From assembly GCA_000934665.2 (NCBI GenBank), contig JYFJ02002969.1, positions 1-48,105 on the forward strand: a stretch of DNA of 48,105 nt, given 5' to 3'. This DNA comes from Catajapyx aquilonaris (taxonomy: Eukaryota). Positions 45,443-48,105 of the stretch are shown here, in pieces; position 1 is the first letter of the stretch; each line of letters begins with the position of its first letter. The position numbers and the translations under genes were made by a program. Under the pieces are notes generated by a model. The model was not told the DNA's origin and made no database searches. It saw only the letters and a program-made list of their open reading frames with translations.

Positions 45443-48105
45443 TGCATGCTGAGTATAATATATAAATGGGTGTATACTTGCCTGAGACAATCAGAAGCAT
45501 CTTGTGCGTAACAAGAAGTGATTTGCTGTACACCATTTTTAAGTAGATGTAACAGCTTTAATGTTTCTGGGACTTGCTATAAAACTTCCATCTAAAGAAA
45601 AATTTTCTCGAAGAAGTATATAAAATGATTTAAAGTATGTGCACCGGTGGTCGAATTTGTGGTGGTCCAGCGAGAGTCGAATTGGAACCACTTTTTCACT
45701 TTTGATATTTTTAAGAGGAGTTGCTGCTCCAGGGATGTGTGGGTGGTGAAGGGTTGGGAGGTGGGGGAGGAAAAGGGCCCTGTGGGAGGAAAGTGAGGCA
45801 TATAAGGGAAGTCGACCACCCCAAAAAGTTGGCGGAGATTTGGACCACTTCTCGCGCAACTCTTTTTTTTACGTACTTTTTTTCCCCCCTATACTTTTTT
45901 TCGGCTAGCGACCTCCTCAACTTTTCAGAAAGCACATTTCTGGAACCACCGCTGGGATTACTCCTATTTTTTGCCCATCTTTTTGGCAGGAGAGGTTTGA
46001 AATTTTGTGGAAATATTATTTTTGCATTGACTCTGCCGACATGCCAACAAAAAATGACGCCAAACATTGGGAAATCAATACAACTCAGTGCATCAATAAC
46101 TTTTATCTTAAGTATTTCTTAATCACTTATGCACGTGCAAAAAAGAGTAAATTACAAACGGATAAGCTCGTTGAGTTCACGTCTACACAAAAATATGCAA
46201 AATTCTGGTATGGAATTTGCATGAGGGCATTGGTGCTTAGCATTTCTTCTGAAAATGTGCCAGAAATGTGCTGTTGTTTGAGTGCTGTGTATATAAAAGG
46301 ACCTTCGCCCATCATGATGATGGCGAGAGTGGAATGCACCTTTGTTTCACTTCTCTTTCCGCTACGTCGCCCCCGAAACTTCATTTTTTTCATTTTATTT
46401 TTCATGCGGATTTTTTTATCCAGTAGTTGCCCTGCGCGCCTTCGCCTCAGTTGTTGCGAGCAGGCGAATAACAAAAAAAAGCTAGTAAAAGTCACGCAAA
46501 GGGCTAAGGATGAGAAATCGGGCGGGTCGACAGCTCCTTCCTCTTAATTTTTTTGTGGGCGCAAGAAAACAAATATATTAATTTTCCTCTCGCAGCCACG
46601 CCACATCGCACAAATCAGCGGACGCAATTCCATAAATCCAGCAAATCGGACCCCCCTCAATGACCAAAGGTACCGAATAACAGCATCATTTCCACTGCTT
46701 CAATGCGTATGTGTGTGAAAGTTGTGCGTTTTAGCCGCGTGTGCACAGCATCAGAAAAAAAGGGGAGACCACTCTTCGCTTCTTCTTCTTCTTTTTTTCA
46801 TATTATTCTTGAGAAATGGAGAGAGAGAATGGGGAGAACCCTGCAAAAAGGTACTTGCTGCTTAGCACACCATGAACCGTTCCACAGGTCGCCACAGGTG
46901 ATGGGAAACGACATCAAACTCATCGTGAAACTGTCCCAAAATCTGTCCCCCAAAATATACGGCAGGTGAATTAATAGGCAATATAAATGGTACAGACTGT
47001 AGCTATACATCCACATGGAGTTAAAGTTGTCCGAATCATCCAGCTTGCATTATATATTTTGAAGGGAGGAAGGGGCGCCATCCAGTGATGGGAATGGAAT
47101 GCGAGCCCCCGTGTCCTTTCACCCTGAACTCGTTAGTGGTACACAACCGAGCATCAGACACACTCGAAAAAATTTCATTAGCACATCGGGGCCTCGACCC
47201 TCCCACGATGGCCTCCCCTTTTATACTCGCATCAACCGAACAGCATCGCTAAACTAGAACGTGGGTGTTCCGCACATTTTTGGCCAATTGGCCTCCCAAC
47301 ATGCGTTGCTCAGCAAAAAGGATGGTTCCTGGAAGAACAGACAGGGCATATATAAGCAGAAGGAAACGTCTGCTCCAAAGTTTGGTCCTTCGTGGGTGGA
47401 CCTGACACTCTCCGCTAATCGCCTTCTTGACACTCGCTATGTGTCTGAAAAGAAGTATTTTTTCCACCCTCCTTCTTGATCCTTCATGTCAAGAGAGCCA
47501 CTACAGCAACCCATCAGGAAAAAAAAAACAGCAGTGTTTTTAGTAAAATGCTCGTCCCTGTAGGTTCTGATCCCAACTGCGCGGGGTTTAGCGTGATTGG
47601 CGGATTGGCAAGAAGTCATTTCGACGGGCCCTGGTTTTGGGAGGGCTTTTGGTGGGCCATCACTTCCCTTTGCCTTTTTTTCCCCACTTTGAGTCAAGCC
47701 GACCTAGAGTGATGGGAGGGATTTCGCAGTGTCTCTCTCTCTCTGCCTTGGATGGCAGGGATTTTGCCTTTCGCGGATTATCCCCCCGCCCCCCTCCTTC
47801 CATTCGCCGTGTGTATACCTGAGAGCAAGCCAAGCAAGGGCCCTTCTTTCTCTGCTGCCACAACAGTCGGCTTCCTTTGAAGGCTCAAGAGACTGACTTA
47901 AAGCCCGAGCCTTCCATTTTCGTAGCACACAGCCAACAATATTCACACAAAAATGGCTCCTTTCATGCCCGGACAGGGTGGTCCTTTAGGCCCCCCCGAC
48001 TCTCAACTGGACCAGTCAAAATTGCGCAGCAGGGAAAAAGTAACAAGTGGCTGAAATAATACAGTGATGGTGTGAGGCCTGATTATTTATTGTCAGTTGC
48101 ATACA

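Noticed and set aside
1..48105. CRISPR array, operon, retron or other prokaryote-type system; autonomous transposon ORFs
   Set aside because: The sequence is intron-rich eukaryotic DNA. I saw no regularly spaced repeat-spacer array and no reverse transcriptase, transposase or integrase motifs in the ORF track.

Overview
Eukaryotic, most likely arthropod-type, genomic DNA. It carries the 5' part of one minus-strand GATA1/2/3-class (grain-like) transcription factor gene. Four coding exons splice in frame with GT-AG sites: 30598-30379, 7212-6739, 4488-3946 and 738-593 (461 codons, ending after the N-terminal zinc finger). The second finger and C-terminus must lie beyond position 1. An exactly spaced Inr (TCAGTT) plus DPE (GGACG at +28 to +32) predicts a TSS at about 31337, with a probable non-coding first exon and a 428-bp 5'UTR intron. 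The rest is a 23-kb intron and about 17 kb of upstream DNA with no recognisable gene. It holds candidate regulatory motif clusters (GATA, E-box, Su(H), CTCF-like, CRE, nuclear-receptor half-sites), microsatellites, a 34-bp tandem duplication and one apparently complete tRNA-derived SINE with a perfect 15-bp target-site duplication. I found no evidence for a novel multi-gene system. The best leads concern gene regulation, splicing and protein architecture. Motif counts were made by eye and are hypotheses.
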